From the human T2T-CHM13v2.0 reference genome, Homo sapiens, in the NCBI RefSeq assembly GCF_009914755.1, contig NC_060930.1: a DNA stretch of 64,000 bases; one strand, written 5' to 3'. Below the pieces are notes generated by a model. The model made no database searches, had not been told where the DNA came from, and saw only the letters and a list, made by a program, of their open reading frames with translations. Shown in pieces: positions 13,130 to 25,811 of the stretch (the stretch's first letter is position 1; every line of letters starts with the position of its first letter). The position numbers were made by a program, and so were the translations under genes.

Positions 13130-13295
13130 GTACGTATTAAAAGAAAACATTCTCAAATCAGGTCTGTCTTTCTCCTCCTGCCTATACTGTTGATTTCGGG
13201 GTCACCCGAGTGCCTTGTCCTTGGAATTGAGATGACCAGAAGACTCTGTTACCCTCTCATAGGACTTGGAAAACCCAAGCCCTGCTGAGGGGTGC

Positions 13296-13399
13296 ATTAG
13301 ATTTTCCTTTATGTTTTCTGAGAACCAATTAGATTTTCCTTTATGTTTTCTGAGAACCAATTAGATTTTCCTTTATGTTTTCTGAGAACCAATTAGATT
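13296..13399 (+). repeat. Perfect 32-bp tandem repeat, 3.25 copies
   Basis: Unit attagattttcctttatgttttctgagaacca at 13296, 13328 and 13360, plus attagatt at 13392. Confidence 0.97.
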
Positions 13400-13624
13400 C
13401 TTCTGAAGCCCCAGGAAGATTTTTTGTTCATATTTATGTAGGGTGGTCTTATTTTCTGTAGATCCTCTCACAAGAGAAAAGTGGACATTAATAATTAGGC
13501 TTTCTACCTTTATCTTTTTGGATGCACTTAACCACAGGACTTTTGTCAAAGGCCTTTGCACAGGTGCAAATCTCTGTGACAAAATCATACATTAATGATC
13601 CCTTTTCATTAATTTTGTAAATAA

Positions 13625-14700
13625 ACTTTCTATTGTCTTTATTTTAAAAACTACATACCCACAGAAAAGTGTTCATCATAATTGTACACAGAGTTAACAC
13701 CCATGTATCTGCTCTCTTTTTAATCACTATTCCTCCAAGAGTACCAGCCATCCTAGTTAGCTAACACCATAGATTGGTTCACATGATTTTTGAATTTTAT
13801 ATAAATAGATTCATAAATTATGTACCCTGTGACTTGTTTATTTTACCTAATACTATTTTTATGAGATTCATCCATGCTGCCAAAAACTCTAGAGTTTATT
13901 CATTGTCACTGTTGTGTAGTATTCCTCTGTAGAAATAGATCAAGATGAATCAATTTTACTCTTGATGAACACATGGATTGTTTCCAGTTTGGTGCTCTTG
14001 TAAATAATGCTGCTTTGAAGATTCTTGTGCATGCCTTTAGTGCACATTTGTATGCATTTCTATTGGGTATAAATCTGGGAGTGGAAATGCTGGTGAAAGG
14101 GTATATATATATATATATATACCCTTGCAACTTTAATGCCAAATATATTCAACTTTAATGCCACATATTTTCAACTTTAATGTCAAATAGCTTTCCAAGG
14201 AGTTTGATCAAATTTATATTCCAATCAGCAAGTGCAAGTGTTGGCATTTGCAGTGTTTCTCATCACTGCCATTTTGATGTATGTATTATGAAATCAGTTT
14301 TAATTTGCATTTCCTTGGCAATTAATTAGGCTGAACAACTTTTCCTATTTATTGATTATATGCATTAGACATCCTCTTTTTGAGGTTTATGTCTGTGACT
14401 TTTGCACATGTTTCTATTGGGATTTTGGCCTTTTTTATTGATTTGTATATTCTGGATACAAATCCTTTGTGTGTTACATGTATTACAAATTTTTTCCCAT
14501 TCTGTCTTGCCTTTTCACTCTCTTCATGGTGTCTTGATAAACAGAAGTTCTTAATCTCAACATAAAAACATTCACCATTTTTTTCCTTTACATTCAGAAA
14601 TATTTGCCCACCCTTAGAGTTATAAAGATATTATTTCATGCTTTCTTCCAAAATCTATTTTATTTTATCTTTTATGTTTACAATGATTTTTGTGTGTGGA
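13625..14700 (-). mobile_element. Old L1M (L1ME-like) 3' portion
   Basis: tgagattcatccatgctgc, tttccagtttggtgct, gggagtggaaatgctgg, ttttaatttgcatttcc, ctggatacaaatcctttg are antisense L1 ORF2/3'UTR motifs. Confidence 0.8.
14097..14193. repeat. AAGGG(TA)10CCCTT 30-bp palindrome followed by three imperfect 22-bp tandem units
   Basis: Palindrome 14097-14126; units caactttaatgccaaatatatt / caactttaatgccacatatttt / caactttaatgtcaaatagctt at 14128, 14150, 14172. Confidence 0.9.
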
Positions 14701-15404
14701 GAGGTAATAATAAAGATATATTGTGACCTGCTATTCATAACTAAGTTAAAATTGTATTGACTTCTTTTTCTTTTTGATGTATATTCCCAAAATTTAAAAG
14801 AAATAATCCAAGTAAAGTCTAGACAGGACACAGTTGTGTAGTATCTGGACTAAGAAAGCATCTTTCTGTAATATAGAAACTATGATGTAACTACCACTTT
14901 GTCTAAAAAAAAAAATAAACTGGATAAAGAAGAGCAAAATATTATCATTATTCAGGTAGAGCACCACATTTTTCCTTTTAATTCTTTAATAACTTTTGAA
15001 AAATTGAAGTAGAAAAAAACTACAATTCTAAGATGACAGGAAAAAAATTCACTAGACTAATAATTCAGAGATCACCTTGAAATTGTCCTGCCCCTGTGAC
15101 TATGTGAGTATTGTCCGCACCTACTCAAATGCTGCCTCTAGGCCCAGCTTGTAAACATCATCAAGTTTCTTTTGGGTATTGCTATACCAATACATACAAA
15201 ATCTGTTTTCATCTTAGTATAAACTCACATAGGCCACAATAAAAAGTGAAATTTCATGTTTTTAGAGTAACTCACTCATTTTTATTTATTACACACTATT
15301 TTTGTTCACATTTATTTGCTCTTTGTTATTTTAAAAATCAAGCAAGATATAAGATTATAATTATAAAAGGGATATTTTGTAAAATATTTAGTCTAGCTCC
15401 TCAC

Positions 15405-15617
15405 CATCTAATAGTATCTGCAATGACAAAATGTCCTATACCTCTACACCTGCATTGTCTAATACAGTAGCCACACACCACTTGTGACTATTTGCGCTTA
15501 AAATGTGCTGAGTGAGACAAAGAAACTGAATGTTTAACTTTCTTTAATTTTAGTTAATATAGATAAAAATATAAATAGCCACATGTGGCTAGTGACTACG
15601 ATACTGGACAGTCCAGC
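15405..15617. mobile_element. MER3-like hAT-Charlie MITE
   Basis: ttgtctaatacagtagccac...aaaatgtgct...aactgaatgttt...aaatagccacatgtggctagtgactac...tggacag. Confidence 0.8.
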
Positions 15618-18429
15618 ACAGGTCTACCTAATCTCAAAATGTGAATTTTTCAAGGAACTATTTCCATGGTAATATGAAGAATAAACTTTTATGGAAAAGA
15701 CAGCACTTGTCTTCCAAATGATTAATCACTAAGGAATTTTTGTAACTAATTGACTATCTCAAACCTAAAGATGGAATGAATATGAATTATGGTTTTGGGC
15801 CCACATACAAACAACTGAAAAATTAAGTAGCAGATTGTGGGGTACAAGGCCTTCCTGCCACCAACTGCTGTTCTCTCTCTAAATAGCCTATAGCTAAGTT
15901 TGCAATATGCTTGGCTGGGCTCCTACCACAAATTCCACAGGCTGAAAATCAAATACAACCTTTATCCAAGTGCCATGAGTGAGACCAAGCTTATTTTTTT
16001 AAGAACATTAATCAAAAGTCACATGAAAAAAAAACTATCTGCTGTTTCAAAGGACACTAAAATATATGCTGTATCGCAAGTTGATGAACTATTAAAACAT
16101 CCAATCTGAATTTTGTAAATACACTTTAATATAGGATGAGATCAACATAAATATGCTCTATATCATCTACCTCCTTTTATTATTATCATCTACTATTATC
16201 ATTTATTATTACCATTTAATAAAATTTACTCTTGAAATTATAATCTATTTGCATTAATGCATCTAATTTTATATTGCCAGAATTTCAATAAATTTTAAGT
16301 ATTAATATTCAACTTTATAATTTTCTGATTACAAAACATATTTTACATGTTCAGCTATGACCTAAAATTTGCAACACTGATCTTTCTTGCTACAAAGAAA
16401 ATAATTGCTATATTCATGATTATAGTCTGTTTAGGGATAGTAATGGGAGGAGAAGGTTGTTTGTTTCATTTTATATTACTCTGTTTAGGAAAATAAGACA
16501 CTGCTTTTTTTCTCAAAGAGGAGTCTATATCCAGTAAAAACTTTTAAATCCTCAAAATCAATAGTTTTAGCATTGCAGCTCCTCTTTAGATGCAGTAAAA
16601 TAATCATGTTTATTTAGCAGCTAAAAGGAAGACAAAAATAATGATAAAACTTCTTTGATTTGTTGCTTTAGATGTATGAGACGTAACTTACAATCCCTTG
16701 AGTCAATTATTTCTGTGCCAGCCACTCTTGGCCCTTTTGGCATTATGAAACTTTATTCCTCTAGGCTGATACGTTGGTCCCAGAAAGAGGATTTAGTGGG
16801 GGTGAGGAAGAGAGGCTTCAAATGGCAAGCAGCAAAGTCAGTTTTGCAACTCCTTTTTTATCCTTAGTGAAGAGAATCAGTCATATTTGTAGATGATATT
16901 CATTTATTCAGTCACATAGCCAGTCAAGCAACACGAGGGTTAAGTATCATCCCACCAGAGTTTGGTTATTCAATTGAATAGGAAAATGCCTTTTCATTTA
17001 TACTTTTATTGACCAAATAAGATTTGGAGTATTGGAGTACTTAATTTGGAATAAACCTTAACACATTTTGCTTTTTTGGATAGTTGTGGGGAAATCAAGA
17101 AGAGAAAATGAGCAGCAAAACCATTCTTTATCACTAAATATATGTCTATGAAGATTTCTTCAGCTTCAAAATGTACATATAAATTTTAGGATTTGAAGAA
17201 AAATTGCAGCACAGATAAGCAATGTCTTTGATATAGTGGGATAAAAACAAGAATATATTTGCCTTTCTCAGTTTGATGCTATGTGTTATAAAAACTCATA
17301 AAATTTTATAGCAATTGATTTCATCTTTATGCATGTCTCCCAAGGAAATAATCCAAAAAACACAGTTGTGTTATAAAGTTATAGATTACAGAGTTATTTA
17401 AAATAGTGAAATTTACTACCACCTCTATATTCAACAACAGAGGAGTATGTGAGTACATTTTGGAGGATCTTTTCAGATTTATATAAAGCATTTTTAAATG
17501 ATGGTTATAAAGATTATGCACCAGGAAATACACTAATTATTGTGGTCTTTAGACTAAACTGGATCAGAACCAAAGAAATTAAAATGTTATTAAATAAGAA
17601 CTAGAAAGTGGACTTCAGGAAAGCAAATTTTCAGAGTACTAGAAAGCTAAGTACAGAGATTATTGGTAGATAACAGAAAATTATTGACAGATTGACAATT
17701 AGATAGATAGATGAAGATGCAAAGAGAGATACAGAGATACACGCAAATATAGATACTATCATAAGTGCTTCACATGAAAGTGAAAAAGGAAGACACTATT
17801 ATTTATATAGCATATTTACAATTGTACGAAATACAAACATATACTGGGAAAATATACAGAAGAATAACAATGGTTATAAAGGGCAGACAAATAATTTTCA
17901 TGCCATAAAAGTAATTTTTTGTGGAAAGAAAAATCCCTTTCTTCCATTTGCTTTCTTCAATTTGAGCCTTTTGAAGGCAGCATTTTTCCCCATTGGCTAT
18001 GCATTCTCAGAAAATTATTTCAAGGATTGAAAAAATTTCCTTTAGAGACAGTTAAAATTTTCATTATCTCCATTGGGTGATTAGAATAATGATATCTCAA
18101 TTTTACAAATGAGACAACAGGCCCAGAGAAATTAAATGATTGTCCCCATCTCCTACCATTTTCCCCAAAATGACCCAATTGCAACAAAATCATTAGTGAA
18201 CAATGAATAATGTATTAAAGATTTTGTAGGACATACTCAACAAAGTTAAAAATTACTTCAAAAATCACTTTCTGTTCACCCTGTTCTCTCCAGTTTTGCT
18301 CTCCCATTGACACCAATCGTGATTCCCCTCATTGCCTCACATGTGACACCTAAGCCACCCTCTATTTCACAGAGCAATTTTTCTCTGCCCCCAAACTTCC
18401 ACACACAATTCATTTTGGTGAACAACAAC

Positions 18430-18786
18430 TGATATGGTTTGGTTCTGTGTCCCCACCCAAATCTCCTCTTGAACTGTACTCCCATAATTCCTACATGTTG
18501 TGGGAGGGACCCATTAAGAGATCATTTGACTCATGGGGGGCAGTTTCCCCCATACTGTTCTTGTGGTAGTGAGTAAGTCTCACGAGATCTGATAGTTTTA
18601 TCAGGGGTTTCTGCTTTTGCATCTTCCTCATTTTCTCTTGCCACTGCCATGTAAGAAGTGCCTTTCACCTTCTGCTATGATTCTGAGGCCTCCCCAGCCA
18701 TGTGGAACTGTTAAGTCCAATTAAATCTCTTTTTCTTCCCAATCTAGGGTATGTCTTTATCAGCAGCATGAAAACGGACTAATACA
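18430..18786 (+). mobile_element. THE1A-like MaLR solo LTR with 5-bp TSD
   Basis: Starts TGATATGGTTTGG...ccccacccaaatctc, ends cagcagcatgaaaacggactaataCA; ACAAC at both 18425-18429 and 18787-18791. Confidence 0.93.
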
Positions 18787-20061
18787 ACAACCAACACTTT
18801 TTAAAGGTACTTTAGTGACCAGGTAGTGTACATAAGCATGCTCTCTTCAGGCAGTGGCTTAATCAAAGTGCCTCTTTAATATACAATATTCTTTTGGAGC
18901 ACAACGATGATACAGCTCTTCTCATTTAAACACTGGCTTCAATGACAGCCACCCCCTCACCACTCCCACTCCCAAGCCAGGACATAATTAAACCAACACA
19001 AGACTTTCCCCTAGATTCTGATTCACTCTAAACATCCTACCCCTGGCTTACCCTGCCGAGAGTCCCCACCATAATAGGCCCCTTCATTATTAAGAATGTA
19101 CTGCAGGTGAATTGAGGCTGGGAAAAAGAGTTGAGGACCTTGACTTCATTTCAGTCACTCTGCGGTTATTGGAAGTTTATCATTGGGATTCCTTGGTAGG
19201 CACTCTGGATGGCTTCTTCTGCACCCTCCTAAATGTGGATGACCCTCCAAAAATGCCACTTTCAATAATCCACTATCTTCTCACTGCAGTTGCTTTGGTG
19301 ATAAGCTCTTCTGCAGCTTCGCCAAAGCATCTCCTTCTCAGCCTGACATTCCTAATCTAGCAGCCCCATGCCCCAGCTTCACCTGCACTGCCATACTTCT
19401 AACTCCTCCTGGAGTCATTCCTCTCTAAAGTCTTCCCACAAATCGAATTATAATGACAATTTGAATATATGATCCTAACAACACTGTTGGAACAACTTGA
19501 CTTAGGAATGTTACATATGACATAAAAATCAGATAAATGTAAAGCTCTTTTCCCCTTCATATCAGAAGAGAGTATCGTCTCTAAAGAGCATTTTTCTCAA
19601 ACCAGTGGGCTTTCCTTTTCCAAGCAGGTATGTTTATCTCTAAAGATCCACATGAGACGTGGTCTAAAGTGCATTACAGCTAAAAACTTATTTTAAACAG
19701 GCAATAAAACTGTGATTTGTTGTTTAATTGGGGAATAATGAGAACTATTATACATTTTCATTTAAAAAATGTTATATATGGAAACACACTCCTATTTTGT
19801 AAGTATCTGTGATGATCAAAGAATCACATGTGTTCTGGAACCTACAGGCCCTGAAGTTTTCATTATAAAGTTGCTTTTCCTGGGACAACATTGAAGGTGT
19901 TGCCAAGATAAACAGGCCCTGTCAGAAGCTACTAACCCCAAGACTTTGTGCGAAGATTATATTATTTTTATGTTTAAGTTTCCCATATTATCATTTTGTT
20001 CTTTCTCTTCATTCAAGTATTTTCTTTAAAAAAAAATAAGAAAAATTGAAGGGAAAAATAT

Positions 20062-20228
20062 AGGAAGGGAGGGAGGGAAAGAGGAAGGGAGGGAGAGAGG
20101 GAGGGAGGGAGACAGGCAGGCAGGAAGGAAGGGAGGGAAGAAAGAGTAGGGAGGAAAGAATAGGGAGGAAATGAGAAAAAAGGGAGGGAGGAAGAGCAAG
20201 AGGGAGGGAGGAAGTAAAAGAGAGAAAA
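20062..20228 (+). repeat. GA-rich polypurine low-complexity tract
   Basis: Runs of GGGA/GGAA/GGCA, almost no pyrimidines on the + strand. Confidence 0.9.
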
Positions 20229-23200
20229 TTAATTGAATGTTATGTTTATCTGAATTCTGGTTTAATTAAGGATTTCATTGCATTGAAGAAAGGCCAGTTT
20301 TTCTGTTCCATTTACATGCAGATAACATCAGATGAATAATTTAAATAAATACAAACTCAAATAATGGGATTTCCTGCCTTGAGCTTCTTTAGGAAGTAGA
20401 GAAACTTTCCAAAATACTGTTATATCTTCTTTACTCCCAATAATTTAGGTGTAACTCATAAGTTCATAGGAACTAAACCAAACATTAAATTTTACATCCT
20501 ATTTGTATATCTAATCATTGTTAAATTCCCCCTTCCCTGTGAGGAAAGACTAACATCAGCCTTGATCACTACAAACTATAGCAAGGAAGTAATTGGATAT
20601 GTCAACTACAGGTTTCCTAAGATTTATCTAACCTTCAAGAATATTGAAAATCCTGATGAAAAGTGTGGTCCAACTCAAGCGTCAGCCTGAATCACCATAT
20701 GTAATTGCATGAGAAACACTCTCATGAGGTAGCCGAGCCAACAGAGAAAACCTTCGTTGTGATTTCACATTTTTAGAATGGTTTTCATCAAATTAGGATT
20801 CAGAAATGTATGTTTCTGAAGATAAAGTGGCTTAGCTGGAGATAGAAGAGAAGCTAATTTCTAAAGCTAGTTTTAGCAATATTTTTCAGTGGCAGAAATA
20901 TTTTCAGTATTATTTTAGAAACTTGCTCAAATGAGGAATGCCTTACCTATTCCAAAAGGTAAACTCTAAATAATCTTAGATATTGTGTTTCAGATTCCAT
21001 ATTTATCTTATGAGAGCTAGGTGATAACAGTGACAAAATTTATCATGGAGCAAATTTATACATTTTTGAAGAAAATAGATCCAGTATTTCAGAGACACTC
21101 AGGAAGAAGTTCTAGTAATTTAGCTCCACATCCCTATCTTATCTGCTGAAAATCTAACTTAGTCTTCTGTCCATGCTAGTGAATGACTCCCTCAATTAGT
21201 GAATTCACTATAGCAATTTGAATTTTTGGTGCTGCTTTACTTATGCCTGTTCCTTACTTCAGTCCAGAACAACCTGTTTATTTCCACAAGATAGTAGTAT
21301 CACAAGTGAAAACAGATCCAGCTAAGTAGACTTGTATCCTGTTTTGCAACAGTTTATTGGAGGTGGGGCTAGTGTTATGGTGGTTGGTAAAAAGTAGATC
21401 AGGTGTTTAGATTATGTGCATCTTATTCCTGACTATTGTCGGTTGTACTTTTAGACATGAATGCTACTGTGAACAAATAAAGAAAACAAGGTACATTGCA
21501 TGCCCATTCTGCAAATTTGATGGTTTTATTAGTATCACGAAGGTGGTGTGGCAGAGTGGAAAGGCTCTGCCATTAGTAGCCTGCTGTATGAATTAGGAAG
21601 TTAACCTCTGTAAAATTCCAGCTCTGTCCTTCATAACATTGAAGACTCCTTTCTCTACTAACACTATATTTTTTTACTGCTTTTCCTTGCAAAATATGGT
21701 TTTAGAAGTTAGAACTTAAGAATAATTTTCTTTTTTCATACCTCAAAACACTTTAAAAGACAGTTTCTAACTTAATATTAAAAACTGAAAAAATAGAATT
21801 CTACTAATAAAAAGTCGTTTTACAATCAACTTTATAGAAATTATTCCCTCCTTTAAAGTGAAATATGTTCAAAATGGAAGCATTAAAGTTCTTTCAAGTA
21901 TTAAAAATTGCTCCATTAAAATTTCATAAAATTTAAAAATTAGATTTAACTAACTTTATGGCAGAAACTAAATAAGTATGTTCAACTTTTTTATTATATA
22001 ATCAGCAGGTGTTCATTACAGAAAATTAAACAATATAAGTAGTACATGTATTCACATTGTTTCATTTTTTCATGTGTAAGCTCAGGATAATAATGTATAT
22101 ATACATTTAATCTAGTGGGGATTAAATAAGATAAATAGATGCACAGATAGATAGACACATGGTAGATGGAGAGACAGATAAATAGCCTAGAATTCCACCA
22201 CTGCTAACCTAATAAGAGTAAAGAACATAGTCCATAACAATTTTTAGAACTTTTCTAATAAAATATTATCATATTTCTTCCAATCCAACTATATATTCAA
22301 CTTTAAAAAGAAGATCTATCAGGAGGCACCAAATAAACACTTGGTTAAATAAATATTAGAGAATTAATGTTACTTTCTCTTCAACCATAAAGGCATTTCC
22401 AAAATTATTCTTCTCTGTACATCTTCCTAAGTAAAAGTTACTTGAGATTTTAATTAAGTCCCAAGGACAAATAATGTTATTAGTGTTTTCTTAAATCATA
22501 ACACCCTAATTTAAGGAGGAACCTCAAAGGCCCTTCTTTTGGGTCTCTTCCTATTATGTTGCTACCTCACCTACATGTTCTTTCTTACCCCTCTTTGTCT
22601 GCTTTATCTAAAATTAGAAGCAGAATGTTCAGGCCTTCAAAAGCCATAGATTTCTCTCAAGGAGGAGTGGGGATGACTTTTAAAATTAGTTCATACTGTA
22701 CAGTCCTCTGTTCTCCCTTCCAGGAATGGGTCAGAAGGCTAACATTACAGCAGTAGGAAGAACAAAGAAGACGGATGTTTCAAACCTTAATAATTGTGGA
22801 AGACTGGGCAATTTACTTATGCTTAGCAAGGATTTATTTATTAATAAAATAAGAAAAATAAAATATACAATTATGGTTTAGTATGGGGATTAAGTGAAAG
22901 CATATTATAAAGTTTTAAGATTCCAAACAGTTTCTACTTTTCATTAATCCTAACGAATTAGCCTGCAGGTTAAAGTTTAGTCAAATGCTCACATGATTTT
23001 GCTTTTTGGTTTTTCTCTAGTAATTAACTTTATTGAGGTTAATTTACATAAAATAAAAAACTTCATTTCAGATGGATAAAATGGATAGACAAACTGATGA
23101 GTTTTGATAAATGGATACATTTGTGTAACCAATATTGCACTATAAATCAAGATACAAAACATTGCCACCACTCCTCAAAAGCTTCTGATGCCCCCTTGTA

Positions 23201-23404
23201 CACAGCCTCACCAACTGAAGCCTCAGGCCACCAGTGATCTGCTTCTTTCCAGATTAGGTTTGTTCCTTCTAGAGTTTCACATAACTGAGCATGTATTCTT
23301 CGGCTTCTGCTCAACATAATGCCTTTGAGATTCATCCATGATGCTGTGAGAATCAGTAGTTTCTCCCTTTTTATTGAGGAACAGCCTTCTATCATAGGAG
23401 ATAC

Positions 23405-24022
23405 TGTTCCCGGAAAGGGGTCCTGATCCAGACCCAAGAAAGGGTTCTTGGACCTCACACAAAAAAGAATTCGAGGTGAATCCATAAAGAGAAAGTAAGT
23501 TTATTAAGAAAGTAAAAAAATAAAAGAATGGCTACCCATAGGCAGAGTAGCAGCATGAGCCACTAGATTGAGTATACTTATACTTATTTCTTGATGATAT
23601 GCTAAACAAGGGGTGGATTATTCATGGTTTCCTAGAAAAGAGGAAGGGATTTCTTGGAACTGAGCGTTCCCTACCCTTTTTAGACTATATAGGGTAACTT
23701 CCAGATGTTGCCATGGCATTTGTAAACTGTCACGGTGCTGGCAGGAATGTCTTTTAGCATGCTAATGCATTATAATTGGCATATAATGAGCAGTGAGGGC
23801 AGTCAGAGGTCACTTTCATAGCTACCTTTTGTTTGGTGGATTTTGGCTGGCTTCTTTACCGCATGCTGTTTTATCAGGAGAATCATTGTGACCCCTATCT
23901 TGTGCAGACCTCCTGTGACTAAGAATGCCTAACCTCCTGAGAATGCAGCCCATTAGTTCTCATCCTTATTTTACCCAGACCCTACTCAAGATAGAGTCTC
24001 CCTGGTTCAAACGTCTCTGCCA
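23405..24022 (-). mobile_element. MER41B-like ERV1 solo LTR
   Basis: Reverse complement follows the remembered MER41B consensus end to end: cagagacgtttgaaccagg...ggttaggcattcttagtcacagg...gtttacaaatgccatggcaac...ggtctggatcaggacccctttccgggaaca. Confidence 0.9.
23629..23659. promoter_or_regulatory. Tandem GAS (STAT) motifs within MER41B
   Basis: TTCCTAGAA 23629-23637 and TTCTTGGAA 23651-23659, both TTCN3GAA. Confidence 0.55.
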
Positions 24023-24934
24023 CAATTTTAAAAATCCTTTCACCAGTTGATGAGACATACATATTGTTCCCAGTTTGGACTACTATGAATAAAGTTGCTA
24101 TAATTATGTACTTAAAGTTTTGTGTGGATATATAATTTTTATTCCCTAAGGATAAATATTGAGGATAATTGCTGATTTTTATGCTAAAGTGTAATGTTTA
24201 ATTTTATAAGAAACTACCAAACTATTTTCCAAAATGGTTATTCCATTTTATATTCCGTCAAGCAATGAGTTCCACTTTCTCTACCTTTTTACCAGCACTT
24301 GGTATGGTATTGTCAGTCTTTTTAATTTTAGTCATTCTAGTAGATGTGTAGTGGTATCTTATAATTTGAATTTGAATTTTCCTAACAGCTTTTCATGTGC
24401 TAATGGACCACTCAGATATCTTCGTTTTTGAAGTGTCTGCTCAAATCTTTTGCCACTTTTGATTGGACTATTTGTCTTATTACTGAGTTGTAACAGTTCT
24501 TTACACATCCTAGATACAAGTTTTGTCAAACATATGTGTTATGAATATTTTCACCTATTTTATAACTTGACTTTTATTTTCTTAATGATATCTTTATAAC
24601 AGCAAGTTTATAATTTTTATGAAGTTTAATTTACCAATTATTTTCTGGTTCATCTTTTTTGGATAATCATTACTGTCACAGTTTGGTGATGATTTCCCCA
24701 TATAATTTCTTCAACAAGTTTTATACCTTTAGATCTATGAGTAAATTTATGTATATGATAAATGCATATCGTAATCATATAAGACTTAACATGTTTTATA
24801 TGGATATTCAATTATTTTGGCATTCCCTATTCAATTACTTTGGCTTCTTTATTGAAAATTAACTGATTTTATGTGTGTAGGTCTATTTCTAGACTCTATT
24901 CAGTTCTGTTTCTCTGTCTATCCTTTTGCCAGTA

Positions 24935-25040
24935 TAGTCATGCACTGCCTAATTTTGGTCAAAAGCAGACTACATATATGACTGTGGCCCTGTAAGATTA
25001 CAATACTATATACTTACTGTAACTTTTCAATGTTTAGATA
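24935..25040 (+). mobile_element. TcMar-Tigger MITE (MER47A-like), left part only
   Basis: tagtcatgcactgcc...ttggtcaa...agactacatatatgactgtggccctgtaagattacaatac...ttactgtaacttttcaatgtttagata. Confidence 0.6.
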
Positions 25041-25810
25041 TTTTTTATAAATTTAAGGAGTACAAGTGCAGTTTTGTTATGCTGATATATTGCATAATGG
25101 TGAAATCTGAGATTTTAGTATATCCATCACCCAAGAAGTATACATTGTACCCATTAAGTAATTTCTCATCCCTTGACCCCTCCCACCCTTCCACCTTTCC
25201 AAGTCTCCAATATCTTATTCCACCTTCTATGTCAATGTGTACACATTATTTAGCTCCCAATTATAAGGAAGAACATGTGCTGTTTGTCTTTCAGTTTCTG
25301 AGTTCTTTCACTTAATAATGGCCTCCAATTCCATTCATGTTGCTGCAAAAGGCATGACTTCATTCACTTTTATGGCTGAGTAGTATCCTGTGATATATGT
25401 GTATATATATATATGTATATATGTGTGTGTATATATAGGTATATATACGTGTGTATATATATGTGTGTGGGTGTGTGTATATATATATATATATATCTCA
25501 CATTTTTCTTTATACAATCATCTGTTAATAAACACTTAGGTTGATTCTCTGTCTTTGCTATTGTAAATAGTGTTGTGATAAACATACAAGTGCAGATCTT
25601 TTTCTGATATGATTTCTTTTCCTTTGGGTAGATACCCAGTAGTGGGATTCCTGGGTCAAATGGTAGTGCTATTTTTAGTTCTCTGAGAAATCCTCATTGC
25701 ATTTCTTTGGTACTTAATGATGTTGAGCATTTTCTTTCATATGCTTTTTAGCCATTCATATGTCTTCTTTTGAAAAATATCTATTCATGTCATTTGCCCG
25801 CCTTTAATGG
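25041..25810 (-). mobile_element. L1PB-like (L1PB4?) 3' end containing a (TA/TG)n tract
   Basis: gtacaagtgcagttttgtta...cattgtacccattaagtaatttctcatccc...catgttgctgcaaaaggcatg...gggtagatacccagtagtgggatt; microsatellite ~25393-25497. Confidence 0.88.
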
Positions 25811-25811
25811 G

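Larger units (their letters stand above)
23020..24930 (-). mobile_element. Old L1M (L1MD/ME-like) 3' end and ORF2 remnant, interrupted by MER41B
   Basis: aactttattgagg tail end, tgagattcatccatg; the host reads gatac | cacaatttt across the LTR; continues tttagtcattctagtagatgtg...gtgtaggtctatttctagactc. Confidence 0.8.

Noticed and set aside
13296-13399. 32-bp direct repeats resembling a CRISPR array
   Set aside because: Head-to-tail with no spacers, no cas genes, primate DNA
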